Below, piece by piece: positions 17,959 through 27,473 of a DNA stretch of 42,511 bases. The position numbers and the translations under genes are program-made. Position 1 is the first letter of the stretch. Every line of letters begins with the position of its first letter. The notes beneath the pieces were generated by a model. That model saw only the letters and a list, made by a program, of their open reading frames with translations, ran no database searches and was not told the DNA's origin. Source of the stretch: an uncultured Rhodospirillaceae bacterium. GTDB lineage: Bacteria; Pseudomonadota; Alphaproteobacteria; MPNO01; UBA2964. The DNA lies in the NCBI GenBank assembly GCA_964477025.1, contig CAYZDH010000003.1:1-42511 (forward strand). Reading direction: 5' to 3'.

Positions 17959-19548
17959 ATGGCTACTGCCAGAGAACAACTCAAACCAACGCCTGTAACG
18001 GACTCCCTTCGTGATCTGCGTTCCACAATCGACTTCCTGAAACAGGAGGGGGACATTATCGAAACCGATACCGAGGTTGATCCTGATCTCGAGATTACTG
18101 GTGTCCAGAAGCATTTAGATGGCGCATGCCCGCTTCTGTTCAACAACGTTAAAGGAAAACCTAACCACCGGGCTGTCACCAACTTATTTTCTGACCAGGG
18201 TGTTATGTGTAAGCTATTCGGCGTCAATGGTATGCAGGAAATGACGCTGGCTATTGCTAATGCAATCCGTAACCCGCTACCACCGGTTGTGGTTGATTCT
18301 AAAGATGCCCCTAGCCACGAAGAGGTAATTCTTAATCCGGCTGATGTTAATGAACATATGGTGCCAATTCGCCATACAACTTACGAATCAGAATTGACGG
18401 TAGGGTCTGGGCAACGTCTATTCGCTGGCGAATACTTCGAAGGCGGCACAGATATGGCCTACAACAGAATGAATTTTCGTTGGGGCAATGTCGGGACGTT
18501 CCAGATCTCGCCTGGTTCTCATGGCTGGCAGGTTATGGCTAAGCATTATCGCGATGATGAGCCAATCCCTTTGACTATGAACTTCGGCATCCCTTATGGG
18601 CCGAACCTTCTGGCTGGTGCTGGGTTTGACTATGTCATTCTGCCCACTGGTTGCGACGAACTAGGCGTCGCGGGGCGTTTGATTGGTGAACCAGTTCGCA
18701 TGGTTGAAGCCAAGACTGTTCCAGGTGCTTATGCATTAGCCGATGCGGAGATTACTCTTGAAGGTTACCTGCATCCGCGCGACCGCAGGTATGAAACAGC
18801 AGAATCAGAAGAAGCGGGGGTGCAGGGTCGCTTCCACTTCCATCCCGAATGGGCTGGTTACATGGGTAAGGCTTATAAAGCACCAACTTTCCATGTTACG
18901 GCCGTTACCACGCGTGCCCGGGAGTCTAAGCCAATTGTTTTCCCGCTTGGCGTTCACACTATGGATTGCCAGAATATCGATACAACGGTGCGCGAAGCCG
19001 CGATGTATGAGCTCTGTGAGCGCATGCAGCCGGGCATTGTCCAGGACTGTAACATCCCATATCCCATGACGGATTGGGGCGGCGCAATAATCCAGGTCAA
19101 AAAGCGTAGCCAGATTGATGAAGGCTGGCAGAGAAATTTCCTGTCAGCAATCCTTAGCTGTTCGCAGGGTTCGCGTTTGGTGATCGCCATGTCTGAAGAT
19201 ACTGACATCTATGATATGGATGATGTTATCTGGAATTTGACTACCCGCGTAAACCCGCAGACAGATATCTTAAACCCTATTCCTGGTGGACGTGGGCAAA
19301 CCTTTATGCCTGCTGAACGTATGACAGCGGGTGACCGTGAATGGACCGCGTCCAACACCCAGTTTGAGGGCGGGATGGGAATTGATGCCACTGTGCCCTA
19401 TGGTTATGAAAGTGATTTTCTGCGCCCGGTCTATCCGGTTGATCAAGTCTTTCCCGACAAGTTCTTTACTAAAGAACAGATCGGCCATGCCAAATCTTAT
19501 ATGACTAATAAGGGGTGGGTGCATTCATTGGCACGAACCGGCCGGTAA
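17959..19548 (+). CDS. UbiD-family (prFMN) decarboxylase, phthaloyl-CoA decarboxylase (Pcd/PhtDa)-like
   Basis: PDLEITGVQKHLDG, YNRMNFRWGNVGTFQISPGSH, GAGFDYVILP.GCDE, FHFHPEWAGYMGKAYK, GGMGIDATVP and C-terminal SLARTGR match my recall of Azoarcus/Thauera phthaloyl-CoA decarboxylases; AGGAG RBS. Confidence 0.85.
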   Translation: MATAREQLKPTPVTDSLRDLRSTIDFLKQEGDIIETDTEVDPDLEITGVQKHLDGACPLLFNNVKGKPNHRAVTNLFSDQGVMCKLFGVNGMQEMTLAIANAIRNPLPPVVVDSKDAPSHEEVILNPADVNEHMVPIRHTTYESELTVGSGQRLFAGEYFEGGTDMAYNRMNFRWGNVGTFQISPGSHGWQVMAKHYRDDEPIPLTMNFGIPYGPNLLAGAGFDYVILPTGCDELGVAGRLIGEPVRMVEAKTVPGAYALADAEITLEGYLHPRDRRYETAESEEAGVQGRFHFHPEWAGYMGKAYKAPTFHVTAVTTRARESKPIVFPLGVHTMDCQNIDTTVREAAMYELCERMQPGIVQDCNIPYPMTDWGGAIIQVKKRSQIDEGWQRNFLSAILSCSQGSRLVIAMSEDTDIYDMDDVIWNLTTRVNPQTDILNPIPGGRGQTFMPAERMTAGDREWTASNTQFEGGMGIDATVPYGYESDFLRPVYPVDQVFPDKFFTKEQIGHAKSYMTNKGWVHSLARTGR

Positions 19549-19566
19549 AAATTCGGTAGTTCAGTA

Positions 19567-19595
19567 AAAAGAGCGGCTTATTGAGCCGCTCTTTT
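19567..19595 (+). terminator. Rho-independent terminator after the ubiD-like gene
   Basis: aaaagagcggctt-att-gagccgctctttt. Confidence 0.85.
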
Positions 19596-19719
19596 AGTAT
19601 GTATAGTATAAATTCATTGCCGTCGTTCTTCCTGCACTGCGCGGATCTACCGGGCGTAATTTAAGGGTCAATGAGCAGCTGAAGAAACGCGGGGGCCGGT
19701 TAATGAATTGGAGCGCGTC

Positions 19720-20745
19720 ATGTACTTAAAGAATGCTTGGTATGTTGCCGGATGGGAAAACCACCTCGATGGCGGGCTATTGGCTCGCACAATTTGTGAA
19801 GAGCCCATCGTTTTCTTTCGTGGTGCAGATGGCAAAATTGGCGCATTGGAAGACCGCTGCTGTCACCGGAGCGCCCCGCTCTCCGTTGGCCGGTTGAAGG
19901 GTAATGAGGTTGAATGTGGCTATCATGGACTGCGTTTTGACAGGACTGGTCGATGTACGGCAATTCCAACCCAGGAACTTGTGCCCCCAAGCGCGCAGGT
20001 TCGTTCTTATCCTGTAATATTAAAGAATCGTTGGATTTGGGTTTGGATGGGTGATGCCGCTAGTGCAGATGAAAGCCAAATCCCTGATTATTTTTTTCTC
20101 GAAAATGATGACTGGGCGAATATCGACGATTATTTCTACGTAGAGTGTAACTACCAAGCTTACATCGATATTCAACTCGATCAGACCCATTCGCCTTACG
20201 TGCACCCTGATACGCTTGGCAATGCCGGAAAGCTTCGCGTAAAACCCAACGTCAAGCGCGAACCTCGCGCACTAAAATGTGAACGATTATTTCCTAACGA
20301 TGACCCCCCGCCCTTGTGGGCTAAGGCAGCAAACATCAAAGGGAAGGGTGATAGTTGGAACCGATGGATATACACGCCACCAGCAACCATCATGTTTGAC
20401 GTTGGCGCGGCGCAGGCGAATACGGGAGCATTTGAGGGAAATCTTGAACACGGCATCACCGTGCATAATGCTCACGGTATTACCCCGGAGACCGCGACGA
20501 CTACGCACCATTTTTGGTCAAACGCGCGTGACTTTGGGCTTGATGACCCTGCGACCGAAGAACAGTTGAGTGTGATCCGCAAGGTATTTCGTGAAGATGT
20601 AACAATCTGTGAAGCAGTACAGAGGCGGGCGTCGCAATTCCCTGACGCACATCAGATTGATGTCGCGATGGACCACCCGACGTTACAAGCCCGCAACATG
20701 TTAGCTCGTTTAATCGAAGAAGAGCAAAAGAGCGACGCCGCGTAA
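19720..20745 (+). CDS. Rieske non-heme iron oxygenase alpha subunit, vanillate O-demethylase (VanA)-like
   Basis: YLKNAWYVA, Rieske CCHRSAPLS...CGYHG, mononuclear Fe site DQTHSPYVH and FRED, ITPET..TTHHFW; GGAG RBS. Confidence 0.85.
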   Translation: MYLKNAWYVAGWENHLDGGLLARTICEEPIVFFRGADGKIGALEDRCCHRSAPLSVGRLKGNEVECGYHGLRFDRTGRCTAIPTQELVPPSAQVRSYPVILKNRWIWVWMGDAASADESQIPDYFFLENDDWANIDDYFYVECNYQAYIDIQLDQTHSPYVHPDTLGNAGKLRVKPNVKREPRALKCERLFPNDDPPPLWAKAANIKGKGDSWNRWIYTPPATIMFDVGAAQANTGAFEGNLEHGITVHNAHGITPETATTTHHFWSNARDFGLDDPATEEQLSVIRKVFREDVTICEAVQRRASQFPDAHQIDVAMDHPTLQARNMLARLIEEEQKSDAA

Positions 20746-20790
20746 TTAAAGCTTAATTTGTGTCTCCCACGACGCTACCTTGCTCGAGGA

Positions 20791-22347
20791 CTACGGGGTC
20801 TCTGCCTGGCTCCTTTTCCATTCCATAGTTAGCACCTTTCGGTCTAACTTCCCTCGTTCATTTTTGGGTAACTTATCCACAAAAAAGACGCTTTTCGGAG
20901 TTTTGAATGGCGCTAATAACCCTCCGCAATGCTTGATAACAGACCTTTCTGAAAGTTCGCTGCCCTCACGAAGGACGACAAAACAGATAACCTCTTCGCC
21001 ATAGATTTTGTCGGGTATGCCGCATGCTGCTGCATCTATGATATCGGCATGGCGGGATAAAATATTATCGATTTCAACGGGCGAGATATTGACGCCACCG
21101 CGAATTATTAAATCCTTTAATCTTCCAACAATGGTTAAATGGCCGTCTTCATCAATTAGTCCAAGGTCACCAGTCCAATGTTCCAGCGGTAGTTTCTCAA
21201 TTTGGCCGTTAGGATGGAGATACCCCCATGATTTTTGTTGTCCAGATACTACGATTTGGCCGGCCTTCCCTTTGGCAACTTCGTTATCGTCTGCGTCGAG
21301 TAGCCTAATATTCTGATATTTTAATGGAAAACCAATAGTGCCAATCTTACGATCAATACCGCGATGGCTAGACATAAGACCCCCCTCAGAACAACCCGCA
21401 GACTGACAAATGCGGATGCCATACTGTCTCTCAAATTTAGCCCAGTTCTCAGGGAGCATCGGCGCGGAAGACGTCATAAGGAACCGGAGATGCGGCATCT
21501 CCTTTCCGTGAATATCGACGGGCCTATTTAGAAACATATTGAGGATGGTGGGCACGACGACACCAATGGTCGCGTGGTATTTTTTTACCCAATTGAAGTA
21601 ACCGCCGCGTGAAAATTTCTTCGCCATATAAACCGTGGCACCGCGGGCCAGGGGCCCGCCGAGGCTCATATTTTGCGAAGATAACCAGGTGTAAGAACGG
21701 CAATCAACGAGGCGGCTATTTTGGTCAAGCTCTACACAATCAGCAGTAGCATCATAATTCGGCCATACAGCAGAATGAGCCTGCATGACACCCTTGGGCT
21801 TGGTTTCAGTTCCTGAGGTGTAAAAGATAACAGCAATATCATTAGGCCCACAGACTTCCTCTATGTCCTCTTCGTCGGGATATGTCGACAACACGTCGAA
21901 GAAACCAGTGGATTGTCCGGCCTCATTCCAAACCCCAAGTGGGATCCATTCTGACGTCATACTGGGATCCCGGAGCTTTTCTAAGCCAAGCCCTTCTTGA
22001 ACTAAAACGATTGCGGGATTGACGGCGTGCAGTATTTCGCCAATGTGGGCACTGTTCATCTCGATATTAGCAGTGGCAATAGTAGCGCCGTAGCGTTGCA
22101 CACCAAGAAAAGCCGCGATAAATTCGATAGAGTTTTCCGACAGCATTAAGACGCGGTCATTTGCCTTTAAGCCACGAGCGGCGAAGAGGTGAGCCATGCG
22201 GTTGCTCAGCCGATAAAGTGCGTCAAAGCTCAGCACTTTTTCGTCCTGATCTATAGAAACCATGTATGGCTTGTCGCCGAACTTTGCAGCCTGATCAGCC
22301 AGCACCGTTCGGATTGATTTATATTGTGTTATTTGAGCTCCCTGCAT
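20791..22347 (-). CDS. Class I adenylate-forming enzyme (acyl/aryl-CoA ligase), paralog 2
   Basis: YTSGTETKPKG, AGCSEGG, TGDLG, GRLKDLIIRGGVNISP, LPKNERGK. Confidence 0.9.
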   Translation of the reverse strand: MQGAQITQYKSIRTVLADQAAKFGDKPYMVSIDQDEKVLSFDALYRLSNRMAHLFAARGLKANDRVLMLSENSIEFIAAFLGVQRYGATIATANIEMNSAHIGEILHAVNPAIVLVQEGLGLEKLRDPSMTSEWIPLGVWNEAGQSTGFFDVLSTYPDEEDIEEVCGPNDIAVIFYTSGTETKPKGVMQAHSAVWPNYDATADCVELDQNSRLVDCRSYTWLSSQNMSLGGPLARGATVYMAKKFSRGGYFNWVKKYHATIGVVVPTILNMFLNRPVDIHGKEMPHLRFLMTSSAPMLPENWAKFERQYGIRICQSAGCSEGGLMSSHRGIDRKIGTIGFPLKYQNIRLLDADDNEVAKGKAGQIVVSGQQKSWGYLHPNGQIEKLPLEHWTGDLGLIDEDGHLTIVGRLKDLIIRGGVNISPVEIDNILSRHADIIDAAACGIPDKIYGEEVICFVVLREGSELSERSVIKHCGGLLAPFKTPKSVFFVDKLPKNERGKLDRKVLTMEWKRSQAETP

Positions 22348-22391
22348 ACCAAAAACTTTATCACGCCGAGCGGGAGCGATACAAACTTGGG

Positions 22392-23981
22392 TTAGGTGCT
22401 ACCGAACTCTTTTTTCCAATTTTCTTGAAGAAGTAGGCGATTCATTTTGCCGCGTTCTGTTTTGGGAAGCTCATCTTGGACAATTATTTGTTTGGGCATT
22501 CGAAATTCGGGCAGCCTGTCGCCACAATGTGCGAGAATATCTTTCGGGGTGAGGTGCAGATTGGGTTTTGGTGAGACATAGCAGACCACTTCTTCGCCAT
22601 AAATCCTATCAGGCACACCAATTGTCGCTGCTTCTGCGACGGAAGGAATTTGCAGAAGTATATTGTCGACTTCTGCGGGCGAAATATTTACGCCGCCGCG
22701 TATAATAAGGTCCTTTGCTCGGCCAGTGACTTGGATGCTGCCATCTTCGAGCATGACGCCGAGATCGCCGGTCCGAAGACGATTCTCGGCATGAATGTTT
22801 TCATCGCCGTTCTCATCGAGATAGCGGTAGGCGTTTTTATTGAACCCACCAAGTTCAATTTCGCCGATTTCGCCATGGGGCACCTCAATACCGTCATCAT
22901 CAACGACAGCGAGTTTGTGATAGGTTAGCGGTTTCCCTACCGTCCCAAATTTCCGGGTAAACTCATTGGAGACAGCAATCCAACCGATTTCGCTGCAGCC
23001 ATATCCCTGCGCTACGGGTACACCATATTTTTCTTCGAACTGTTTCCATGTCTCTGGCAGGAGGGGTGCAGAAGACGACGTCATGAACCGAAGGTGCGGA
23101 ATGCTGTCATGATGAATGTCTATAGGCCTATTCAGAAACATTGCTAACCCTGTCGGATTGCAGACGCCAATAGTGACTTTATGCTCTTTTACCCATTCGA
23201 AATACTGGCTTTGGGAGAATTTACGGGCGAGAATGATTGTAGCACCTTTGGAAAGGGGGCTGAGGCCGCTAAGGACCTGTGCTGAAATCCAGTTAAAGGC
23301 GCGAAACTCAAGAATACGATCAGATTCAGTCAACGCCAGACCTTCAGCGGTTGGCGGTGTATTCTCTATGAGCTCGCGGAATGAGACAATGCAGCCTTTT
23401 GGTGCGGAGGCGGTGCCGGATGTGTAATAAATAGAGGCGTCATCTTCCCGGTGGCTAATGGGCTCCACTGGGTCCGCGGGGTGTTTTTCTAATTCACCAT
23501 AAAATCCGCTGCCGCCGCTGGCGGGTTGCCAGGTCCCAAGTTTAATCCAATCACCTGGTGTCTTTATACTCAGCGTCGCGGAATCAATTCTTTTCTCAGA
23601 ATCTTCAAAAAGGGTTAGCTTGGGCTGCAGAGCATTCAAAATTTGTTCAAAATAAACTGCGTTCATTTCTACGTGGATAGTACAAACGGTAGCCCCATAA
23701 GCCATACCACCAATGTAAACGCAAAGGTGTTCGATCGAATTATTAGACAACATAGCAATGCGATCATTTGAACCGATTCCTTTAGACTGCAAGTAGTTGG
23801 CCATTCGATCGCAGATCGATTTAAACTGGCTAAAGGTAATACCTTTGTTTTGATCAATGCTTTGTATAAAAACTTTGTTAGGATGTTTTTCGGCGTTTGC
23901 CGCAATCCAGTCGCGCAGATTAGTTTCATGCGCGCCTTTATTATTCTTTTTACCTTTAAGGGTTACGGTGTCGGTATCCAT
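22392..23981 (-). CDS. Class I adenylate-forming enzyme (acyl/aryl-CoA ligase), paralog 1
   Basis: YTSGTASAPKG, YGCSEIG, RTGDLG, GRAKDLIIRGGVNISP, LPKTERGK. Confidence 0.9.
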   Translation of the reverse strand: MDTDTVTLKGKKNNKGAHETNLRDWIAANAEKHPNKVFIQSIDQNKGITFSQFKSICDRMANYLQSKGIGSNDRIAMLSNNSIEHLCVYIGGMAYGATVCTIHVEMNAVYFEQILNALQPKLTLFEDSEKRIDSATLSIKTPGDWIKLGTWQPASGGSGFYGELEKHPADPVEPISHREDDASIYYTSGTASAPKGCIVSFRELIENTPPTAEGLALTESDRILEFRAFNWISAQVLSGLSPLSKGATIILARKFSQSQYFEWVKEHKVTIGVCNPTGLAMFLNRPIDIHHDSIPHLRFMTSSSAPLLPETWKQFEEKYGVPVAQGYGCSEIGWIAVSNEFTRKFGTVGKPLTYHKLAVVDDDGIEVPHGEIGEIELGGFNKNAYRYLDENGDENIHAENRLRTGDLGVMLEDGSIQVTGRAKDLIIRGGVNISPAEVDNILLQIPSVAEAATIGVPDRIYGEEVVCYVSPKPNLHLTPKDILAHCGDRLPEFRMPKQIIVQDELPKTERGKMNRLLLQENWKKEFGST

Positions 23982-24063
23982 TCTTATTTTGGTCCGTAAG
24001 TCGATAAATTGCCGCCCTGGAACCGGTATTTAAAACTATATTTTAGGCAAGATAATACCGTTA

Positions 24064-24107
24064 TTGACGGGGCCAAACCTGTTGCTATATATATACGTGA
24101 CTAGTCA
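24064..24107 (+). promoter_or_regulatory. Putative sigma70 promoter of boxCB with a downstream 10-bp palindrome
   Basis: TTGAC (24064-24068), N16, CTATAT (24085-24090), close to the alphaproteobacterial consensus; TGACTAGTCA at 24098-24107. Confidence 0.5.
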
Positions 24108-24263
24108 ACAATTAGCAATCGAAGTTTTTTTTGGGTAGGAAAACAGGGATGAAGCACTATATTAGTAAAATGAATGGCTAGGCGATCGGTATCCTACTGC
24201 TGGAAATAAGGATGACAAGGCGCCGGTAGTTTCGGTTAACGGGTGAACGGAGGAAATTGCAAG

Positions 24264-25973
24264 ATGGCGCCGGGAGATAATGCCCCAAACATTGAAGCTT
24301 CATCCGGGACGGGTGGAGAGCCGCTAGTCAAATTTGCTACGAGCCCAGATCAGTATAAACACTGGAATTTAACAATCGACGGGAATGTCGCGCGGCTCGC
24401 GATGTCAGTTGCTGAAGACGCTACGTTAAAGCCAGGCTATGAGCTAAAGCTGAACTCCTACGACCTCGGTGTTGATATAGAGCTATATGATGCGATTCAG
24501 CGTCTTCGCTTTGAGCACCCAGAGGTCGGTTGTGTGGTTCTTTGTTCTGACCATCCCCAAGTTTTTTGCGCTGGTGCGAATATTCGCATGCTGGGAATGT
24601 CGACGCATGACCACAAGGTAAATTTCTGTAAGTTCACTAACGAGACCCGTAACGGCATTGAAGATGCTACGGAGTTCTCCCAACAAAAATATATTTGTGC
24701 GATTAACGGCACCGCCGCAGGGGGCGGATATGAACTGGCGCTTGCGACCGACTATATCATGTTAATTGATGATGGCTCTTCTACAGTTTCGCTGCCGGAA
24801 TTACCCTTGCTAGCAGTGCTTCCGGGTACCGGCGGGCTTACCCGTCTAGTTGATAAGCGCAAAGTCCGCCATGACCGCTCAGATGTCTTCTGCACAGCGA
24901 CTGAGGGAATGCGCGGCCAGCGCGCTGTAGACTGGAACTTGATAGATGAAATCGTTCCCAGGTCCAAATTTGATGATGCGGTTAAAGAGAGGGCTAACGA
25001 ATTTGCGTCAATGTCTGATCGTCCTAAGGAAGCCGTGGGGATCTCTTTTAATACTCTCAATGTCGGGGATGATGGAGATAAACTTGCCTATGACCATTTG
25101 GTGATAGATATCGATCGTGGCTCGAATGTTGTGAATTTTTTAATTAAAGGGCCGGCTGACCTTCCCCCAAAAGATGTTGTGGACGTCGTGGAACAGGGGG
25201 TTGATTTCTGGCCACTAGCAATCGCCCGTGAGCTCGATGCAGCGATTGTCCATTTGCGGTTAAATGAAAGCCAGATTGGCACATGGGTGTTTCGTACTGA
25301 GGGCGACAATGAGGTGCTAGAGGCCTACGATAACCTTCTTGAAGCACACCAAGAGCACTGGTTGGTGCGAGAAATTACATTGTATCTCAAGCGCACGTTG
25401 AAGCGTGTAGATGTTTCGGCGCGGAGCCTGATTGCATTGGTTGAGCCTGGCAGCTGTTTCACTGGAACGCTATTGGAGCTGGTCCTGATTGCTGACCGCT
25501 CTTTCATGCTTGATGGGCAAATGGAGGGTAGCAATATTCCCGCCCCTGCGGTGCGCTTGACCGGTATGAATTTTGGGCCCTATCCGATGTGCAATGGGCT
25601 GACACGTCTCGAAACCCGCCTGCTGGGAGAGCCTGAAAAAATATCAGAGGCGAAAGCGGTTGTTGGGAGAGACCTGGAGGCACTTGACGCTGATGACGCG
25701 GGTCTCGTGACCTTTGCCCCTGATGATATCGATTGGGAGGATGAGGTTCGGCTGGCCATCGAGGAGCGCGCTAGCTTTTCACCTGATGGCCTGACCGGCC
25801 TAGAAGCCAATCTGCGCTTCGCCGGACCGGAAACTATGGAAACTAAAATATTTGGGCGCCTCAGTGCCTGGCAGAACTGGATTTTTCAACGACCAAACGC
25901 AGCCGGTCCAGAGGGCGCACTTAAGCTATACGGTACCGGGCAACGCAGCGAATTCGACAAGAAGAGGGTGTAA
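24264..25973 (+). CDS. boxC: 2,3-epoxybenzoyl-CoA dihydrolase BoxC
   Basis: GYELKLNSYDLGVDIEL, FCAGANI, KVNFCKFTNETRN, AGGGYELALA, LPGTGGLTR, FGRLSAWQNWIFQRPNA; GGAGG RBS before ATG at 24264. Confidence 0.96.
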   Translation: MAPGDNAPNIEASSGTGGEPLVKFATSPDQYKHWNLTIDGNVARLAMSVAEDATLKPGYELKLNSYDLGVDIELYDAIQRLRFEHPEVGCVVLCSDHPQVFCAGANIRMLGMSTHDHKVNFCKFTNETRNGIEDATEFSQQKYICAINGTAAGGGYELALATDYIMLIDDGSSTVSLPELPLLAVLPGTGGLTRLVDKRKVRHDRSDVFCTATEGMRGQRAVDWNLIDEIVPRSKFDDAVKERANEFASMSDRPKEAVGISFNTLNVGDDGDKLAYDHLVIDIDRGSNVVNFLIKGPADLPPKDVVDVVEQGVDFWPLAIARELDAAIVHLRLNESQIGTWVFRTEGDNEVLEAYDNLLEAHQEHWLVREITLYLKRTLKRVDVSARSLIALVEPGSCFTGTLLELVLIADRSFMLDGQMEGSNIPAPAVRLTGMNFGPYPMCNGLTRLETRLLGEPEKISEAKAVVGRDLEALDADDAGLVTFAPDDIDWEDEVRLAIEERASFSPDGLTGLEANLRFAGPETMETKIFGRLSAWQNWIFQRPNAAGPEGALKLYGTGQRSEFDKKRV

Positions 25974-25977
25974 AAAT

Positions 25978-27402
25978 ATGTCGATCGATCTTAACTCCAG
26001 AATTCCTAATAACGTCAACCTTGCCGATGACCGGCGTCTCCAGCGAGCGTTAGAATCGTGGCAGCCGAGTTTTATTGATTGGTGGAAAGAACTGGGCCCG
26101 GAAGGCACCCTAAATCACGATGTCTATCTGCGCACCGCGGTGAGTGTCGAGGCAGAGGGTTGGGCTAACTTTGGGTATGTAAAGATGCCAGACTATCGCT
26201 GGGGTATCTTTGTCGCCCCGCCAGTTGAGGGTCGCACCATTCCGTTTGGCGAACATAGAGGCCAGCCGGTCTGGCAGGAAGTACCCGGCGAATACCGGGC
26301 CTCGCTGCGGCGTTTGATCGTGACGCAGGGCGACACCGAACCGGCATCCGTTGAGCAGCAGCGTCTACTCGGTCTGACGGCTCCCTCAATGTATGATCTC
26401 CGTAACCTTTTCCAGGTAAATTGCGAAGAAGGGCGCCATCTTTGGGCGATGGTCTATTTGTTGCATGCCTATTTCGGACGCGATGGCCGCGAGGAAGCTG
26501 AGATGATGTTGCAACGCCATTCCGGTGACGTTGATAAGCCTAGGATTCTCGGTGCCTTTAACGAAGAAACCGCCGACTGGCTTTCTTATTTTATGTTCAC
26601 TTTTTTCACTGACCGGGACGGTAAATTCCAATTGTCGTCACTGGCTGAATCCGGCTTTGATCCATTGGCGCGTACTTGTCAGTTTATGTTGACCGAAGAA
26701 GCTCATCACATGTTCATTGGAACAACGGGTGTCATGCGAGTAGTGACCCGGACCTGTGAAGTGATGAACGAACTCAAGACTGAAGATCCCGAAAAAATTC
26801 GGGAGGCAGGAGCCATCGACCTGCAGACCCTGCAGAAATATCTCAACTTCCATTACAGCGTATCCTTAGATCTTTTTGGTCAAGAAGTCTCAACTAATGC
26901 CGCCAACTATTACACGGCGGGTCTTAAGGGTCGTTTTGAGGAATCTAAGATTGATGATGATCACGTCCTGAAAGATGGTCTTTCCAGGGTTGCGATGCTA
27001 GAAGACGGGGTCATTAAGGATGTCGAATATAATGCCCTACTTGCAGTGAACGAACGTCTCCGTGATGACTATGTCGATGACTGTCAGACGGGCGTAAATC
27101 GTTGGAACAAGGCAATCAAACGACATAAGATCGACTTTGAGCTTAAACTTCCGCATCGAGGTTTTCATCGCGCGATTGGTACATTTTCTGACGCTGACAT
27201 CTCTCCTGAGGGCCAGGTGATTAGTAGAGAAGAATGGGAGAGGAACGCTGATAACTGGCTACCATCTGAAGGAGACCGGGTTTTTGTTATTTCGCTTCAG
27301 AAAGCCTGCGTCGAGCCGGGCAAGATTGCTAGCTGGGTAGCGCCGCCGAGCCGCGGCATCGACGGTCACCCCTTCGACTATGAATATGTCCGGTTTAACT
27401 GA
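25978..27402 (+). CDS. boxB: Benzoyl-CoA 2,3-epoxidase subunit BoxB (diiron)
   Basis: IPNNVNL, QGDTEPASVEQQ, EEGRHLWAM, DRDGKFQL, EEAHHMF; ATG at 25978, 4 bp after the boxC stop. Confidence 0.96.
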   Translation: MSIDLNSRIPNNVNLADDRRLQRALESWQPSFIDWWKELGPEGTLNHDVYLRTAVSVEAEGWANFGYVKMPDYRWGIFVAPPVEGRTIPFGEHRGQPVWQEVPGEYRASLRRLIVTQGDTEPASVEQQRLLGLTAPSMYDLRNLFQVNCEEGRHLWAMVYLLHAYFGRDGREEAEMMLQRHSGDVDKPRILGAFNEETADWLSYFMFTFFTDRDGKFQLSSLAESGFDPLARTCQFMLTEEAHHMFIGTTGVMRVVTRTCEVMNELKTEDPEKIREAGAIDLQTLQKYLNFHYSVSLDLFGQEVSTNAANYYTAGLKGRFEESKIDDDHVLKDGLSRVAMLEDGVIKDVEYNALLAVNERLRDDYVDDCQTGVNRWNKAIKRHKIDFELKLPHRGFHRAIGTFSDADISPEGQVISREEWERNADNWLPSEGDRVFVISLQKACVEPGKIASWVAPPSRGIDGHPFDYEYVRFN

Positions 27403-27473
27403 CCGGTTTGGTCTTGCAGACCAAAATCACGCTTGAATTTGGTTCGACTGCGATCAGTGCTACTCGTAACTGT

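Noticed and set aside
24152-24167. BoxR operator (AAGCACTATATTAGTA) upstream of boxC
   Set aside because: Only one half resembles the TGCA-type site I recall, and no boxR gene is in the window
25852-25977. Long N-terminal extensions and overlaps in the ORF track (boxB, benzoate-CoA ligase/hydroxylase, tctC, aldolase, cupin)
   Set aside because: Downstream starts have better RBS or match homolog N-termini; the overlaps are artefacts of longest-ORF calling
27407-27425. Hairpin TTTGGTCT-TGC-AGACCAAA after boxB as a terminator
   Set aside because: Weak stem with no U-tract on either strand; plausible but unsupported
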